Source: a virus
IMG/VR virus record: IMGVR_UViG_3300036832_000786
Location: 1 to 64,000 of that record
DNA: 64,000 nucleotides
Reading direction: 5' to 3' (one strand)
Shown: positions 41,623 through 52,448 of the stretch, in pieces
Layout of the letters: every line of letters begins with the position of its first letter
Numbering within the stretch: position 1 is the stretch's first letter
Made by a program: the position numbers and the translations under genes
Notes under the pieces: generated by a model
Told to the model about the DNA's origin: nothing
Databases searched by the model: none
Seen by the model: only the letters and a program-made list of their open reading frames with translations

Positions 41623-42876
41623 ATGCCGACCGTCGAAAGATACAAGTTCAGCGACCGTTTTTTGCAAGGGTTGAAGCCTGCCGAGTCCGGCGGGCTTATC
41701 CGCTATTGGGATACTCAGTTGGCCAATTTTTGCGTCGAGGTGACCCCCACAAACACGTCGTTTGTCGTTCAGGGGCGCATCGATGGCAAGCAGCTTTGGC
41801 GCACCGTGGGCCGGTACCCCCGGATGGGGCTGGTCGATGCCCGCCAGAAGGCGCGCGAGATGCTCGATGCCCTGGCGCACGGCGTGGACCCCAAGGCGGA
41901 ACAGAAGACGAAGACGGTGGACGGGTCGTTTGCCGGGGTGGCCGAAGAGTACATGGCGGCGGCACTGCCTACGCTGCGCACCGGCAGGGACACCGAACAG
42001 ATGATCCGGCGGGTGTTGCTCAAGTCGTTGGGTGACCGGCCGGTGGCCGACATCAACCGACATGAAGTGCTCACCTTGATGGAGAAGATCAGGGATAGTG
42101 GCAAGCTCATCCCCGGTACGCGGCGCATGAAGGGTGGCGGTTTGGAAACCGCGCGGAAAGCGCTATCGAGTCTGTCACAGATTATCGATTGGGCGCTTGA
42201 CCACGAACGGCGCACCGAAGTCAATCCTTGTGTCGGTATCCGCAAGCGGCTGGGTCCGCAGAAGGTGCGTGACCGGGTGCTTAGTGACAATGAGCTTAGG
42301 TCATTGTGGCCGGTGTTTCAAGCCGAGGGTCAGCCCAACGGTGTCCTCCTTCAGATACTCCTACTGACCGGTCAGCGGGAGAGCGAGTGGGCCGAGGCGA
42401 AGTGGTCCGAGATTGACCTGAATCAAACGGTGTTGATTGTGCCGCAGGAGCGGATGAAGGCAAAGCCGGGTTACGAGAAGTCGCATCTGGTGCCACTGAC
42501 ACCAAAGGTCGCGGAGTTGCTGCGGTCACTGCCGCAGTCGAAGCCTGATGGCTATGTGTTTTCGATGACCGGCGGTGACACTCCGGTTAACGGCTTTGAC
42601 CGGATGAAGCAACGCATCGATCGTAAGTGCCCGCTTCCCGCTTGGGTGTTCCACGATCTGCGGCGCACGGTGTCTACCAATATGGCACGGTTTGACGTAC
42701 CAGACGCGCACGCCGAAGCGGTCCTGGCGCACTCGCAGCGTGGTATCCGCCGGAATTACAATCATTGGAAGTACCATACCCAGAAGCGCGCGGCGCTGGA
42801 AACTTGGGAACGGGAACTGTTGGCGATCGTTGGCGAGTTCCCGCCGGTCGGCAAGCCTCTCGCCCAGGCGGGGTGA
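41623..42876 (+). CDS. int: Tyrosine integrase, P4-like with arm-binding domain
   Basis: WDT...GRYPRMGLVDAR arm domain; catalytic TGQR, K, HDLRR, LAH, YN. Confidence 0.92.
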   Translation: MPTVERYKFSDRFLQGLKPAESGGLIRYWDTQLANFCVEVTPTNTSFVVQGRIDGKQLWRTVGRYPRMGLVDARQKAREMLDALAHGVDPKAEQKTKTVDGSFAGVAEEYMAAALPTLRTGRDTEQMIRRVLLKSLGDRPVADINRHEVLTLMEKIRDSGKLIPGTRRMKGGGLETARKALSSLSQIIDWALDHERRTEVNPCVGIRKRLGPQKVRDRVLSDNELRSLWPVFQAEGQPNGVLLQILLLTGQRESEWAEAKWSEIDLNQTVLIVPQERMKAKPGYEKSHLVPLTPKVAELLRSLPQSKPDGYVFSMTGGDTPVNGFDRMKQRIDRKCPLPAWVFHDLRRTVSTNMARFDVPDAHAEAVLAHSQRGIRRNYNHWKYHTQKRAALETWERELLAIVGEFPPVGKPLAQAG

Positions 42877-42921
42877 TTTTGCTATTCTGGCCTCCGAACG
42901 TTCGGAGGCCGGGGGTGCGCC

Positions 42922-43305
42922 ATGAGGAAATTTGCTCAAGACACAACGGTGCCGATCGCGGGCACAAAGGGTGACATCGCCGCTATTATTGGCAGGTATG
43001 GCGGGCGGCTGGAGAATATCGATGAGAGTGTTTCCGGTCGCGTCATTATCTTGTTCAGATCAAACCAAGCGCCGCCGCGCTATCTGCGTGTTACGATGAG
43101 TGTGCCGATTATTCCTGCCGATGGTCAGGCAGCGCGGCGCAAGTGGCGCGCCCTGTTCAACGACATAAAATTCAAGTTTGTGTCGGTTGACGAGGGGATC
43201 GAAACCTTTGACCAAGCCTTTATGGCGTGGATTATCGGTCCCGATGGACAGACACTTTTCGATAAGGTAGTTGAACTGCATCTGTTACCGGCAGGAGGGG
43301 TGTGA
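42922..43305 (+). CDS. Conserved phage hypothetical protein
   Basis: WRAL..IK.K..SV..GI.TF..AFMAW..GPDGQT. Confidence 0.6.
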   Translation: MRKFAQDTTVPIAGTKGDIAAIIGRYGGRLENIDESVSGRVIILFRSNQAPPRYLRVTMSVPIIPADGQAARRKWRALFNDIKFKFVSVDEGIETFDQAFMAWIIGPDGQTLFDKVVELHLLPAGGV

Positions 43306-44319
43306 TGCATGAGCTTGAGTACAAAATACTGAACCTCAGTGAGGAAGTCAGACGTGGGGTGATTAGTGCGCGGAGACTCGTTCGCACGTTGCGGACGCTG
43401 GCGACGGATGCGCATGATTACATCCCCGATCCGATTCTTAGCTGGAACGATGACGGAAGCCGGAACTATCTAGCCGACCAAGAACGGCGGCTACGCATAC
43501 TTGAAGGAGAGTCACAATGATGGTCTGGGTCAGCAAGCACCGGCAGTTTCACCCCGAGATGCTGGGGTTTATTCCGATGTTTTTGAGTGAGAACGACCCG
43601 CGCCCGGCGGTGGAACAGTTCGACGCGAAGTACCAGTCCGGCTGGAGGGCGCAGCCGGGTTTTACGATGGCGGCAAATGGTGACCTGTTGTACCCTGGTG
43701 ACCCGCCGTTGGAACTCTTGTGCGAGGCGCAGTTCCGTGACGAACTGATCCGCTTCTACAATTACGAGTATGTCGCTGTCGTTCAAAAGGACGGCTCATT
43801 TGAAGCCTGTCGGATGGATTAGTGACATATGGATTGGGATTGGTGGGCGGATTTTGTGACTAAGGTTATTGTCTTTGGCGGGCTTGTCGTGGCGGCGGTC
43901 ATGGTGTTACAGTGGGTGTGCCGACATCTGGGAGGGTGACCGTTGCCCCAGCCCCTCATTGATTATACACGGTACAACGGGTATCTGTATAAGGTACTGA
44001 AGGATATTGTTGCGGCCTACCAGCGTGGGTACACCCCACGGCAGATTGCCGATGACTTGATTCCCCGGCTTACCGGTTACTACGTTTCAAGTTCGATGGT
44101 CACTTACATCTTGCGCCGGGTCGGCGCGATACAGGATTGCTATACAGAACGGTCACCGCAGGAACTGCGGCGCATTGAAATTAATGCCCGGCTCCGTCAC
44201 CCTGAGTGGTACGGTCTTCCCGAACATTATGGTATGTCTGTGGAGTCACTGGGTCGACCGCTCGACATGGGCGGGCCGCGCGACGTGTGGATCGAACAGT
44301 CACCGTGGGACGATCTGTG

Positions 44320-44670
44320 ATGCCGATCGAATGGGCGCAGCTACCCGGAATTGGTGTTAGCGGTTACGGTGATCTTCTCCGTCAGGTGTACCGCCACGGA
44401 CGGCTGGAGACTTATGATCTGGTTCTCTCCAATTTTGATAATGGTTATGACGACCGGGATGCGGAACAGCGCGACGCTGCCGAACAACGGCGTGTTGATA
44501 GTGTGCAAAGGCGTTACCGCAACGCTCATCCACAAAGACCCTACAATGGCGGTGAGCCGCGCAAGCCGCGCAAGCCGCGCGCCAGGAAGCACAAGTTCCG
44601 GGTGAAGATCATGCTGCGGGATAAGTACCACAAGCGGCGTGTGAAGATCGAAGCTGACGACGATGTTTAA
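44320..44670 (+). CDS. Hypothetical basic protein
   Basis: ATG overlaps the upstream stop; overlaps the primase start. Confidence 0.5.
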   Translation: MPIEWAQLPGIGVSGYGDLLRQVYRHGRLETYDLVLSNFDNGYDDRDAEQRDAAEQRRVDSVQRRYRNAHPQRPYNGGEPRKPRKPRARKHKFRVKIMLRDKYHKRRVKIEADDDV

Positions 44671-45673
44671 CTGGGAACAGTTCCTCGACAGTCACGGTAT
44701 CGAAACGACCGTCCGCACCCGTTATGTCACCCGGCACCATATCGGGATCAACTGTCCGTTCTGCGGCGATGACACCGGTTATAATCTGGGTATCGATATC
44801 CGCAGCGGGTTCTGGCATTGTTGGCGGGAACCGGTACCGGGTTCCCATTCCGGTCGGTTACCGTATCGGTTGATCGAGGCGTTACTCGGTTGTGGTCGTG
44901 CCGTGTCACGACAGATTGTCGAACGCGGTGAGAGTGCCATCGTTGTTAGTGACCGATCGTTTGGTAGTGACATCGGTAGGATGTTGGGTGGCCCCATCAA
45001 GATGAGTCACACCGTCACGGCATTAGAGTTCCCGCGCGAGTACCACCGAATTGACTCGCCGCGTGCCAAGCGGTTGTACTACCCATATCTCCAGGGTCGC
45101 GGTTACACCGAACGGCAGGTTGATTGGCTGGTTGAGCGGTTCCGGTTGTGTTACGCGATAAAGGGACCATTTGTCTACCGGGTAATCGTACCGGTGTATG
45201 TCCGCAATAAGTTGGTCACCTGGACCGGGCGTGCGATCGGTGACGATGAGTTGCGGTACCGTACCCTATCCCACGACCCCGACAATGCGTTGCGCACCGG
45301 ACTGCCGCAGGCGGTGGTGAACATCAAGCACACATTGTTTGATTGGGATGCGGCGAGCTACGGCGGTCGTACCCTGGTGGTCACCGAGGGGGTGTTCGAC
45401 GCGATGCGGGTTATTTTCTTTGGCCACGGTTATGGTGTGCAGGCGATCGCGCTCTACGGCAAGCAAGCGACCCCGGAGCAATTGGAGCTTTTGGCGGAAC
45501 TGATCCCGCGTTACCGCCGCGTTGTGTCTCTCTTAGATGCGGATACCGGGTTGGCCGGATTCATCGGGTTCCCGGAGGATTTCCATATAAAACAATACGA
45601 TGTACCGAGTGGGGTGAAAGACCCGGCACTCTTGAACCGGGAACAGTTTGGCCGGTTGTTCCTGAGTACCTAA
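44663..45673 (+). CDS. DNA primase (Zn finger + TOPRIM)
   Basis: CPFCGD...WHCW, TGRAI, TEGVFDAM, LDAD, KDP. Confidence 0.85.
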   Translation: MFNWEQFLDSHGIETTVRTRYVTRHHIGINCPFCGDDTGYNLGIDIRSGFWHCWREPVPGSHSGRLPYRLIEALLGCGRAVSRQIVERGESAIVVSDRSFGSDIGRMLGGPIKMSHTVTALEFPREYHRIDSPRAKRLYYPYLQGRGYTERQVDWLVERFRLCYAIKGPFVYRVIVPVYVRNKLVTWTGRAIGDDELRYRTLSHDPDNALRTGLPQAVVNIKHTLFDWDAASYGGRTLVVTEGVFDAMRVIFFGHGYGVQAIALYGKQATPEQLELLAELIPRYRRVVSLLDADTGLAGFIGFPEDFHIKQYDVPSGVKDPALLNREQFGRLFLST

Positions 45674-45960
45674 ATAACTTGCAATTTAGAGTATCCGTCT
45701 GTATGTGTGGCGGTGCAGTAGGGCGTAGGGCAGACGACGCTCCTCCACCTTGCCGGACCATTACGCCGCCCCCCGGCGTTGCCCCCCGGTCGCGACAAGG
45801 TATGTGAGAAGCAGGACCGGTCGTTCTGTCCTCCTAGACTGTCGGGCCGTCCAGCGGCAGCCGCTCTACACTGGACGGGGTTTTCCCTATTGTCAGGTTA
45901 CTGACCCTATCATAGACTGCGTGCCCTGGTTCCACTTGCATCTAGGAAAGTGGGGCACCA

Positions 45961-46428
45961 ATGACGAATCGCGCTCAGCGTAGCGGCGGTGTGCCGCTTC
46001 CTGTTGTCGGCTGGATACACAACTTCGCGGTTAACAACTATTGGCGTGTATCAGCGTTTTACGAACTCGATGATTTGTGTCAAGATGGGTTGGTTTGCGC
46101 CGTCAAGTGCCGAAACCGTTACGGGACTCCCGGCGTCGATATCAGTCACCCGCACTTTATGTCATTGGTACAGACCGCTTTTAACCGGTACCTGATCGAC
46201 TTGACGCGGCGACAGTTGGTCACCACGGTCTATCTCGCTGATCTGGGTGCCGATGAGATAGCGGTGCGGGAGAAATACAGCATCCCGGAGAATCCGCTAG
46301 GTGAACTGGCGCGATGTATCGAAGAGCTTCCCGACTACCTGTACCGGGTGATCATGTGCTTACTCACCGATCCTGGGTTTCGGCGATCTCGGCGTGACGA
46401 ACGTGATCTACGGGCTTTTCTTGTGTGA
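45961..46428 (+). CDS. Sigma-factor-like protein (region 2)
   Basis: YELDDLCQDG...F.SLV..AFNRYLIDLTRR. Confidence 0.55.
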   Translation: MTNRAQRSGGVPLPVVGWIHNFAVNNYWRVSAFYELDDLCQDGLVCAVKCRNRYGTPGVDISHPHFMSLVQTAFNRYLIDLTRRQLVTTVYLADLGADEIAVREKYSIPENPLGELARCIEELPDYLYRVIMCLLTDPGFRRSRRDERDLRAFLV

Positions 46429-46508
46429 CAGTTGACAACTTTTCTCTTGCATCCCACTTGAGACTCGTTATCAACTGTTCCACTTTTGGTAGGGAGGTAG
46501 AGAATCCT

Positions 46509-47309
46509 ATGCGAAACACTGGTAGTCAAGCTGACAGCGATGAACTGTCGTCACTGTACGATCAGATTGTTGATGCCACTGGTATCGAGTTCGACCCTGT
46601 CGAGTTTAAGGGTGGGGCCGAGGAGTACAAAAACAATCTGGTCCGTCACTTCGGACACATGCCACCGGAGGAATTTGACGTTTTGTCAGAGGAACTGCGC
46701 GATTGGATCAACGAGGCCACCTTGGTCTTCAACGCCAATCGTCGCGCCAAGGATCGGTCACCACTTCCTGATATCGAGGGTATGCCGGAACCACCGCCCC
46801 CCACAAAGGCGCGCTCCAGCCGGGTGATGTTTGAGGAAGACGAAGACGAAGATGAGTCGCCCCCGCCGCCACGGCGTCTACGGGTAGCGGCTGCGCCGCC
46901 ACCGGAGGATGAAGACGAGCCAGACGACGACCCGGACGACGGCGAACCGGAACCGGAAGAGGAACCGGAGGAGGAGGCCGCCGCGCCGCCGCCACGGGTG
47001 GCACGGGGAGCACGGACCCGTGCGCGCGGCAGTGCGACACCAGCAAAGCCCCCGGCACGGGTGGCGCGTGGGGTTGCGGCCGAACCGGCGCGGACACGCG
47101 ATCCCGATGCGGGGCGGTATGCCAAGGTTATGCCGCACTACCTCAAGGATCGCACGATCGAGATTGAGGAACTCCAAGAGAAGATCGAAAAGACCGATGG
47201 AGCCGGTTACTCTCCTACGACACTCGATCGTACCCTGGCGGCATGCCGTAGTGTTGTGGCCTGGGCCGAGCATAACGGTGTCGATTTTAGTCCCGCGCTC
47301 AGAAGGTGA
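46509..47309 (+). CDS. Acidic low-complexity protein
   Basis: RBS AGGGAGG; D/E/P-rich linker. Confidence 0.6.
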   Translation: MRNTGSQADSDELSSLYDQIVDATGIEFDPVEFKGGAEEYKNNLVRHFGHMPPEEFDVLSEELRDWINEATLVFNANRRAKDRSPLPDIEGMPEPPPPTKARSSRVMFEEDEDEDESPPPPRRLRVAAAPPPEDEDEPDDDPDDGEPEPEEEPEEEAAAPPPRVARGARTRARGSATPAKPPARVARGVAAEPARTRDPDAGRYAKVMPHYLKDRTIEIEELQEKIEKTDGAGYSPTTLDRTLAACRSVVAWAEHNGVDFSPALRR

Positions 47310-48401
47310 TTGATGAGGGTTGCGCGTGATCTCTTACTGGCGGTTCTCGAAGCAGCATCACCAGCGTTAGGGACCACGCGCAATCTCGTACCCGGTTTGT
47401 CACACTTCTGGTTTGACCGTGAAACGGTCACCGCGTTTAATGATGTACTGGGTATCCGAGTCGTGTTCGCCAGTGACTTCGAAGGCGGGGTCGAGGGGGA
47501 ACGGTTACTCGGTCTGCTAAAGAACAGTACTGCAAAAAATGTCACTCTCACCTCCAGGACCGGTGGTCGGAAACCGGTTCTTCATGTCGAGGTCGGTACT
47601 GCCGGTGTCACCCTGCCAATGCGCCCGGTGACCGAGTCACTATTCAAGGAACAGTTCCCCGATCACTCTGGCAGCGCGATTAGTCAGGAACTGATCGACG
47701 CGCTCAAGCTCACTATGTTGTCGTGTGTCAGTAAGAAACTGGCATCAGCGGCAGAGCGTGGTGTGACTCTTATTCAGACAGACACCGTGCTTGACGCCTA
47801 CACCACCGATGATGCGACAGTGTCGTGGGCACGGGTCAAGGATAGTGCCTTGTTCCCGACCGCACACGGACGCGCGTTGTGGCCGAGAGAGTTTTGTGAC
47901 TATTTCATTAGACACTTTACCCACGGTACCATAGTCGCGATGACCGATGATGCGGTGTGGGCGTATGGTGGCGTAAAGTACCAATCCGATCCCTTGATGG
48001 TGACGGTGTACGCGAAGTTGATCGAGGGGAGTACCTCCGACTTCCCCGGCTTTGTCCGGCGGTACCAGGGTGAGGCGGCAACCGCGTTTAAGATACCGGA
48101 TGAGTTGACCCGCGCCTTGTCGCGCGCGGCGGTGATGATACCGGACAAGACACTGATCGAGCTTGAAGTCACTGGGTTGGACGACACCAGCGTCCTGCGG
48201 CTTTACTGCAACAGTGCAGCCGGTGAGTTTGACGACCTTGTCGAAATCGATGCCAACGGTCATACTGAACTGACGGTCAAGGCCGATGTCGCGTTGATCC
48301 GGCGCGCCCTGGCAGGCCGCACTTCCCTGGCGCTGACCCGTGATAGTGTCGTATTGACCGGCCCGCCGGGCTTTTTTCACTTTATTTCTGTCCGTCGCTA
48401 A
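47310..48401 (+). CDS. Sliding clamp (DNA pol III beta-like)
   Basis: ~360 aa; LSHFWFD..TVTAFND-type N-terminus; located with the polymerase and clamp loader. Confidence 0.6.
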   Translation: MMRVARDLLLAVLEAASPALGTTRNLVPGLSHFWFDRETVTAFNDVLGIRVVFASDFEGGVEGERLLGLLKNSTAKNVTLTSRTGGRKPVLHVEVGTAGVTLPMRPVTESLFKEQFPDHSGSAISQELIDALKLTMLSCVSKKLASAAERGVTLIQTDTVLDAYTTDDATVSWARVKDSALFPTAHGRALWPREFCDYFIRHFTHGTIVAMTDDAVWAYGGVKYQSDPLMVTVYAKLIEGSTSDFPGFVRRYQGEAATAFKIPDELTRALSRAAVMIPDKTLIELEVTGLDDTSVLRLYCNSAAGEFDDLVEIDANGHTELTVKADVALIRRALAGRTSLALTRDSVVLTGPPGFFHFISVRR

Positions 48402-48459
48402 GGTTCTCGTTAAGTTCACTGCCACTCCCACGTATAATTAAGTAGGGAGGGCAAGACAT

Positions 48460-51048
48460 ATGGGCTTTGCGGGTGCGCTTGGCTTGGTCCCGGCTGACAA
48501 TGGGACGATCACCAATAATAAGAGTGTTGTCAGTGACCGGCTCCTACACCAGTTGGGGTGTCGGGCATGTCCGCTCAATCATGCGCCGGGGCTGCGCTCA
48601 CCAAAGATGCCCGCGACCGGCGCGCGCGAGCCGGTGGTGTACATTATCGGCGAGGCTCCCGGTCGGGTCGAGGATGAGGAGGGCTATCAGTTTGTCGGCG
48701 AATCCGGTGACCTGTTGCGCCCCTACATCCCGGACAAGTTCCAAAAGCATATCCGCTGGAACAACATTCTAAACTGTAGACCGCCGGACAACCGTGATCC
48801 CGATCGGATTGAGCGGGAGTGTTGTCGACCACGAATCGAGCATGACATTGCGCTGACCAAACCGGATGCGATCTTTGGCATGGGGGCGCAGCCGTTGTCC
48901 TGGGCCGGGCGGATCGGCGGTATCTACCAGTGGCGCGGTCGCCGGTTCCCGATCAAGGTTGGTGACCATCTATGTTGGTACTACCCGATGCTGCATCCGG
49001 CGGGTATCATCCACCAACGGCGCGCCGGTTGGCGCAGTGCCAATGATGACGAGTTCGCTTTGGAACTCGATTTGCGCCGGGCATTTGCCGAGGTTGCCGC
49101 CGGGTTGCCAGAACCCATTGTCCATACAGAGGAATTTGCCAAGAGTAACATTGTTTGTGTCACCGGTCGTAGGCGTGACGACCTTGACTACCTATTGGAG
49201 TTCCTCAAATACGCCAGTGCGCAGCGGGTGACCGGCGTCGATTATGAGACACAAAACCTGCGTCCGTATAATACTGACTCGGAGATACTCACCGCAGCGG
49301 TGGCGACCGAGGACGAAACGGTGGCGTTTGCTTACCGTCACCCCGATGCTGGATGGAGTGACCGCCAGTTAAACGCGGTTGATGACGCCTGGATGAAGTT
49401 CCTTCAGTCACGCGCCAAGAAGGCGGTGCACCAACTGTCATTTGAGATGGAGTGGACATGTTACTTTTACGGTAACGAGTTCGCCCGGTCGGTTCCTTGG
49501 GAAGATACGATGACCCAGGCTTATGTGATTGATGAGCGGGTCGGTGACACCAAGCCGGGCGCATTGTCACTCGAATGGCTGACGCAGCAACACTTCGGGG
49601 TCAACATCAAAAAGTTGTCACCGAAGATGAACAAGGCGAGGATGCGAGATGAGAGTCTTGAAACGTTACTTCCTTACAATGGCATTGATGCCAAATATCA
49701 CCGGTTGGTCTATCTGGCACAAAGCGCCACCATCAAAGAAGCTGACCTTGTGGCAGTGTATGAAGAAAAGGTACGCCAAGTTCCAACAGTGGTGCTCACG
49801 CAGCTTAAGGGTATCCCGCTCGATGCAGTGGTAAACACCGAGTTACGGCGGGAGTATGCGCGTAAGCTGGCCAAGGCTAAGGAACAGGTACAGTCACTGC
49901 CGGAAGCCCAAGAGTTCAAGAAACTCGCCCGCGAGGAGTTCAATCCGGGATCACCGCAACATGTCATCATTATGCTGCGTGACATCCTCAAGACCCGCGC
50001 CGGGCAGGAGGGTCCAGGCTGGTCGACCAAGGAAGCGGTGCTGAAGGAAGTCAAGCACCCGATGTCACGGGCAATCTTGAACTACCGCAAAGTACAGAAA
50101 ATCAAAGGTACCTACGTCGACCCGTATTCACCGGACAGTCCGAACGTGTATCCCGGTAACATTATTCACACCAATCTCGGCACCTGTTTCACCGAAACCG
50201 GTCGACTCAATAGTGAAGACCCCAATATCCAAAACGTGCCAGCCAGGGAGGATGAAGCCAAAAAGGTACGCAGGCAGATTGCTTCCAAGGTGATGGCGTC
50301 GTTTGATTATGGGCAGATCGATGCGCGGATCATTGCCTGCGGCTCGCGTGACCGTCACTATTGCAAGGCACTGTGGGAAGACTACGACATCCACATGGAG
50401 TGGGCGGAACGAATCGCTCATACAGTGCCCCGGCTGGTTGGTGGCAAGAAGGGGCTTAAAGACCCAAAGGTGATGGGTGACTTCCGCCAGAATGTGAAGT
50501 CGGTGTGGGTGTTCGCGCTGTTCTATGGTGCCGCATTGTGGTCTACCGCCAAGCGGTTGGAATGTGAGGAACGGGAACTGACCAAACTGTACGACGAGTT
50601 TTGGACACAGTTTGCCGGTGTCCGTAAGTGGCAGGACGAAATCGGCAAGCAGTTCCACAAGCTTGGGTACGTGCAGTTGTTTGGTGGGTTACGGCGTCAC
50701 GCACCGTTGGGTCATGGTCAGCAAATCAATACGCCGGTACAGGGTGCTACCAATCGGATCGTCATGTTGGGGATGAACCGACTCAGTGAAACCGGTGACC
50801 CGCTGTTGCAGGCAAACATGCAGATACACGATGACCTGACATTCTGTTTCAATTCGCACCGTACCTACGAAGACTCCATGCCCCGGATACTCGACATCAT
50901 GCTCGATGGCCGGGAGTTCGATTGGTTTGCGGTACCGCTGATCGCCGAGGTTAAGACCGGTTCTAATTGGGCCGAGATGACCAAGGTCGGTAACTTTTCC
51001 AGTGTCGAACGGTTGGGTTGGCCACAACGAGCGAAGGAGTTTGTGTGA
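48460..51048 (+). CDS. Family A DNA polymerase with N-terminal family-4 uracil-DNA glycosylase domain
   Basis: CRACPL, GEAPG..ED..G..FVG.SG, CRPPDNRDP, HPA; exonuclease DYET and YNGIDA; TGRLNS..PNIQN, DYGQIDAR, K..VFALFYG, QIHDDL. Confidence 0.92.
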   Translation: MGFAGALGLVPADNGTITNNKSVVSDRLLHQLGCRACPLNHAPGLRSPKMPATGAREPVVYIIGEAPGRVEDEEGYQFVGESGDLLRPYIPDKFQKHIRWNNILNCRPPDNRDPDRIERECCRPRIEHDIALTKPDAIFGMGAQPLSWAGRIGGIYQWRGRRFPIKVGDHLCWYYPMLHPAGIIHQRRAGWRSANDDEFALELDLRRAFAEVAAGLPEPIVHTEEFAKSNIVCVTGRRRDDLDYLLEFLKYASAQRVTGVDYETQNLRPYNTDSEILTAAVATEDETVAFAYRHPDAGWSDRQLNAVDDAWMKFLQSRAKKAVHQLSFEMEWTCYFYGNEFARSVPWEDTMTQAYVIDERVGDTKPGALSLEWLTQQHFGVNIKKLSPKMNKARMRDESLETLLPYNGIDAKYHRLVYLAQSATIKEADLVAVYEEKVRQVPTVVLTQLKGIPLDAVVNTELRREYARKLAKAKEQVQSLPEAQEFKKLAREEFNPGSPQHVIIMLRDILKTRAGQEGPGWSTKEAVLKEVKHPMSRAILNYRKVQKIKGTYVDPYSPDSPNVYPGNIIHTNLGTCFTETGRLNSEDPNIQNVPAREDEAKKVRRQIASKVMASFDYGQIDARIIACGSRDRHYCKALWEDYDIHMEWAERIAHTVPRLVGGKKGLKDPKVMGDFRQNVKSVWVFALFYGAALWSTAKRLECEERELTKLYDEFWTQFAGVRKWQDEIGKQFHKLGYVQLFGGLRRHAPLGHGQQINTPVQGATNRIVMLGMNRLSETGDPLLQANMQIHDDLTFCFNSHRTYEDSMPRILDIMLDGREFDWFAVPLIAEVKTGSNWAEMTKVGNFSSVERLGWPQRAKEFV

Positions 51049-52448
51049 TGGCACGGTCATTCACTGATCCCCGCCGACTCTATCGGAGCGGCGCTTCTGA
51101 CAGTTCGCGTGAAGTGGCTGAGAAGACTACTGTCATTGATGACTGTTTAGCGTTGCTTGAGATTTATGCGGAACACGGAGCACTGATCCCGCAGGACGCT
51201 TATATTCTGGCCGGTTTCCGATCAGATATGAAAGGTAACCAACCGCGTTGCAGTGACTTACTCAATTTCGGATGTACCGAGCGGACTGGGAAGAAGGGTG
51301 TTACCAAATCAGGGAACAAGGCTGATTTGGCCCGAATCACCGATCTCGGTCAAGAGTGTCGCGGTGACCCAGATAAGCTAAAGAAATTGAAACAGATACA
51401 CCGGGAAAAGACCAAGGCTAAGCGAGTCATTATGGAAAGTGATGTGACACCGGAAAAGGTGATAGCCAGCAAGGCCGAGATTCTCGGCCGGGAAGAGACA
51501 TTACAGAACCGGTACCGACCGGCGTTTCTTGATGAGATACTCGGACACGACGAGGTTATTGCAGCGATCAAAGCGGCGATCAAAGCCGGTGAGCGCGCGT
51601 TCGTCCTAACCGGGATATCGGGTGTCGGTAAGACGACGATGGCATTGCGGTTTGCCGAGGAGGTGATCGGCGCGTCGGGGGATCAGATTATACCGCTGGA
51701 CGCCGCCAAGTTTAATGGTGTCGAAACGATGACGACGCTGTCGGATACAGTCGAGCGTCACCGCGACCACCCGTTCTTGACCGGTGGTCTGCGGGTGTAT
51801 ATTCTCGATGAAGTCCACGCGATAACCAAAGCCGGTTGGAGTGTGCTACTAAACGCGCTCGAAAATCTGCCGCCGGGTTGGTACTTCTTCTTGTTGACTA
51901 ACGACCTAGATAAGGTACCTCCTGAGATAAAGTCACAACGCTGCGCGGTATTTGAGTTACTGCCGGTACCGACCAACGACACAGTCAAGATACTTAAGGA
52001 CGTGGTGCATTGTGAGGGGTGGTCAACACCAAAAGAGATAATCGGCTTGTGTGCGCGAGAGTCACTTGGTTCACCGCGCCGCGCTATTACGCATCTTGGA
52101 GCTTGTTACCACTGCACCGACCGAGATCAGGCAGCGAGATTGATCCGTGCCGCAGTGACAAAGACGCAAGGTGACTGGGGGTACAAGCTGGCGCAGGCGT
52201 TACAGACACCGCTACGATCGGCGCTTCAACGAATCTTGCGCGATGCGAGGGAAGCAAAAGAACATCCTGAAGGTATGCGCCGGGTGGTTTGTATTTTTTA
52301 CGAGACAGTGGGTTTGAACGCCAAGGATGATCGGACGTGGTCATACGCCGAGATGGTGTTAAACAATTTCGCGGATGTAGTGACAGACTCTTACCAGTTA
52401 CTTTTGGCAGCCATGCGGACACTACGGGAGGCTAACAATGGCAAATGA
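51048..52448 (+). CDS. Clamp loader AAA+ (DnaX gamma/tau-like) with N-terminal extension
   Basis: RYRP..LDEILGH, GISGVGKTT, ILDEVH, LLNALE, SQRC, GSPRRA. Confidence 0.85.
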   Translation: MARSFTDPRRLYRSGASDSSREVAEKTTVIDDCLALLEIYAEHGALIPQDAYILAGFRSDMKGNQPRCSDLLNFGCTERTGKKGVTKSGNKADLARITDLGQECRGDPDKLKKLKQIHREKTKAKRVIMESDVTPEKVIASKAEILGREETLQNRYRPAFLDEILGHDEVIAAIKAAIKAGERAFVLTGISGVGKTTMALRFAEEVIGASGDQIIPLDAAKFNGVETMTTLSDTVERHRDHPFLTGGLRVYILDEVHAITKAGWSVLLNALENLPPGWYFFLLTNDLDKVPPEIKSQRCAVFELLPVPTNDTVKILKDVVHCEGWSTPKEIIGLCARESLGSPRRAITHLGACYHCTDRDQAARLIRAAVTKTQGDWGYKLAQALQTPLRSALQRILRDAREAKEHPEGMRRVVCIFYETVGLNAKDDRTWSYAEMVLNNFADVVTDSYQLLLAAMRTLREANNGK

